A stretch of 64,000 bases of DNA from Lytechinus pictus. Taxonomy: Eukaryota. Position 1 is the first letter of the stretch. Each line of letters opens with the position of its first letter. The translations under genes were made by a program, and so were the position numbers. The notes below the pieces were generated by a model. It was given only the letters and a program-made list of their open reading frames with translations. It ran no database searches and had not been told where the DNA came from. The stretch is taken from contig NC_087263.1 in assembly GCF_037042905.1 (NCBI RefSeq), positions 3,162,001-3,226,000 on the forward strand, given 5' to 3'. Of the stretch, positions 62,441 through 64,000 are shown one piece after another.

Positions 62441-64000
62441 AAAGCCCCTTTCACAATTGTTGCCAAACAGACTACAACGGCTTGCGACTCGAAATTTTTC
62501 CCGTTGTACGACTCGTTGTAGCCGTTGTACCACTTATTGTACGATCCAGATGCGACAAAATGGTCGCATCTCGGTCGGGAAAAAAACCCGTGCTGCTCCG
62601 ATATTTTGAGCGACTGACGCGATGAAAAATAATTGCACGACAGGCAGTACGAGTGTTGTGCGACTTTGCACGCACTCGTAAGACCCCGAACGAGTATTGC
62701 ACGAGTATTTTCATGTCGTACGATGATGCATCCTGTCGTACGAGTCCGTTGTACCACCCTAAGACTATTGGAAGACCTGTCTTGCCCCCTTTGCAACGTT
62801 GTACGATTTTTTTTCACCCCCAATATAAGCTCGAGAACTCCTGAGCTTTCATCCAAAATGTCTGGACCATCCATACTGTAAACATGGCTGCTGCTCGACC
62901 AATAGCTCCTGGGAGGCTCTTGCATTTGCTAAGTCTGAGAAGGCAAATCCAAAACGTTCAAGACAGACATGTCATATTGATGGCCTTACTCATCCGTAGA
63001 CGTCAAAGACATGCAAGGCAAAAAAGAAGGTGGTGGGTCAAACCCTGGATTGAGAGACGTGTGCTGTTTGGACAGTATGATAATCTGATGACGGAGTTGC
63101 AGAGAGAATGTCAGGGTGACTTCCTGAACTACATGAGGATGCCACCAGAAACGTTCCTTGAACTGTTGCAGCGCATCACATCGAGGATAGAGAAGTCCTA
63201 TCGCTACCGGCAGCCACTGGATCCTGGGCTCAAACTGGCCATCACCTTGAGATATCTTGCGACCGGCAACAGCTACAAAACCCTGCAGTATGCCTTCCGT
63301 GTTGCCCATAATACCATCTCTCTGTTTATACCAGAGGTGTGCCAGGCCATCATCAGTGAATACCAAGATGAAGTATTTTCCTGTCCAACTACCCCAGATG
63401 AATGGAGAGAAGTGGCACGGACTTACGCTGACAGATGGAACTTTCATCATGTCTGCGGAACCTTGGACGGAAAACACGTGGCCATCAGAAATCCACCAGG
63501 CTCTGGTATGATCTACTATAACTACAAGGGTTTCTACAGCCTCATCCTCTTGGCCCTAGTTGATGGCAATTACAAGTTCCTCTGGGCTGACGTTGGTAAT
63601 CCCGGTTCATCATCGGATGCCCAGGTCTTCAACCACAGCCCGCTGAGACGTGGACTGGAGAATGGTACTCTTGGCCTGCCAGATCCAGAGCCCCTGCCAG
63701 ATGATGACCGAGACACCCCTTACTTCTTAATTGGGGACGACGCCTTCCCTCTCAGGACATGGATGCAGAAGCCGTACTCCAACCGTGAGCAGACCGACGA
63801 GGAGAGAATCTTCAAGTACCGTCTCTCGAGGGCTCGCCGTGTGGTGGAGAACAGCTTTGGCATCCTTGCCCATCGCTGGAGATGCTTGTCGAGTACCCTA
63901 CAGCTTGATCCAGAAAAAGCCAGGACAGTCATTATGGCCTGCATGTGCCTCCACAACATAATGAGAGATCGTTTTCCTGGGCTTCAGAACATTGACGTTG
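62441..64000 (+). mobile_element. PIF/Harbinger DNA transposon, left end and transposase gene; runs off the window
   Basis: Left TIR AAAGCCCCTTTCACAATTG, ~400 nt of subterminal GTACGAC/TGCGAC motifs, then the transposase ORF. Confidence 0.9.
62884..64000 (+). CDS. Harbinger DDE transposase (HARBI1/ALP1-like, DDE_Tnp_4 type), >=372 aa, open to the window edge
   Basis: Hand translation from ATG 62884 shows no stop: RRWWVKPW, FLNYMRM, KLAITLRYLATGNSY, CGTLDGKHV (D1), YYNYKGFYSLILLALVD, DVGNPGSSSDAQVF, LIGDDAFPL (D2), RLSRARRVVENSFGILAHRWR (E), CMCLHN. Confidence 0.95.
   Translation, partial: MAAARPIAPGRLLHLLSLRRQIQNVQDRHVILMALLIRRRQRHARQKRRWWVKPWIERRVLFGQYDNLMTELQRECQGDFLNYMRMPPETFLELLQRITSRIEKSYRYRQPLDPGLKLAITLRYLATGNSYKTLQYAFRVAHNTISLFIPEVCQAIISEYQDEVFSCPTTPDEWREVARTYADRWNFHHVCGTLDGKHVAIRNPPGSGMIYYNYKGFYSLILLALVDGNYKFLWADVGNPGSSSDAQVFNHSPLRRGLENGTLGLPDPEPLPDDDRDTPYFLIGDDAFPLRTWMQKPYSNREQTDEERIFKYRLSRARRVVENSFGILAHRWRCLSSTLQLDPEKARTVIMACMCLHNIMRDRFPGLQNIDV

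Noticed and set aside
62272-63961. 217-, 163- and 79-aa minus-strand ORFs as the Harbinger Myb-like partner
   Set aside because: No Trp-spaced Myb/SANT pattern; they are antisense to the subterminal repeats and the transposase.

Overview
AT-rich, intron-containing animal genomic DNA. The repeat landscape suggests an echinoderm, probably a sea urchin (inference). The assembly is draft quality, with a 165-nt N gap at 19753-19917. Left to right: (1) the last three coding exons of a CELF1/2 (Bruno/CUGBP) RNA-binding protein gene on +, an intron starting 2 nt after the stop codon, and an apparently very long 3' UTR; (2) a convergent, single-coding-exon 610-aa disordered protein of unknown family on -, with an upstream non-coding exon and an RFX X-box-like promoter; (3) a nested SINE > hAT > Harbinger-MITE insertion; (4) two tandem 7-coding-exon DHDH-like (Gfo/Idh/MocA) dehydrogenase paralogs on -; (5) many MITEs, L2-type LINE fragments and tRNA-derived SINEs; (6) an intact-looking PIF/Harbinger transposase ORF running off the right edge, absent from the ORF track. 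Its terminal repeat is identical to that of the MITEs ~27-30 kb upstream. No prokaryotic features, CRISPR arrays or true tRNA/rRNA genes were seen. All exon models were assembled by hand from splice signals and reading-frame phase.
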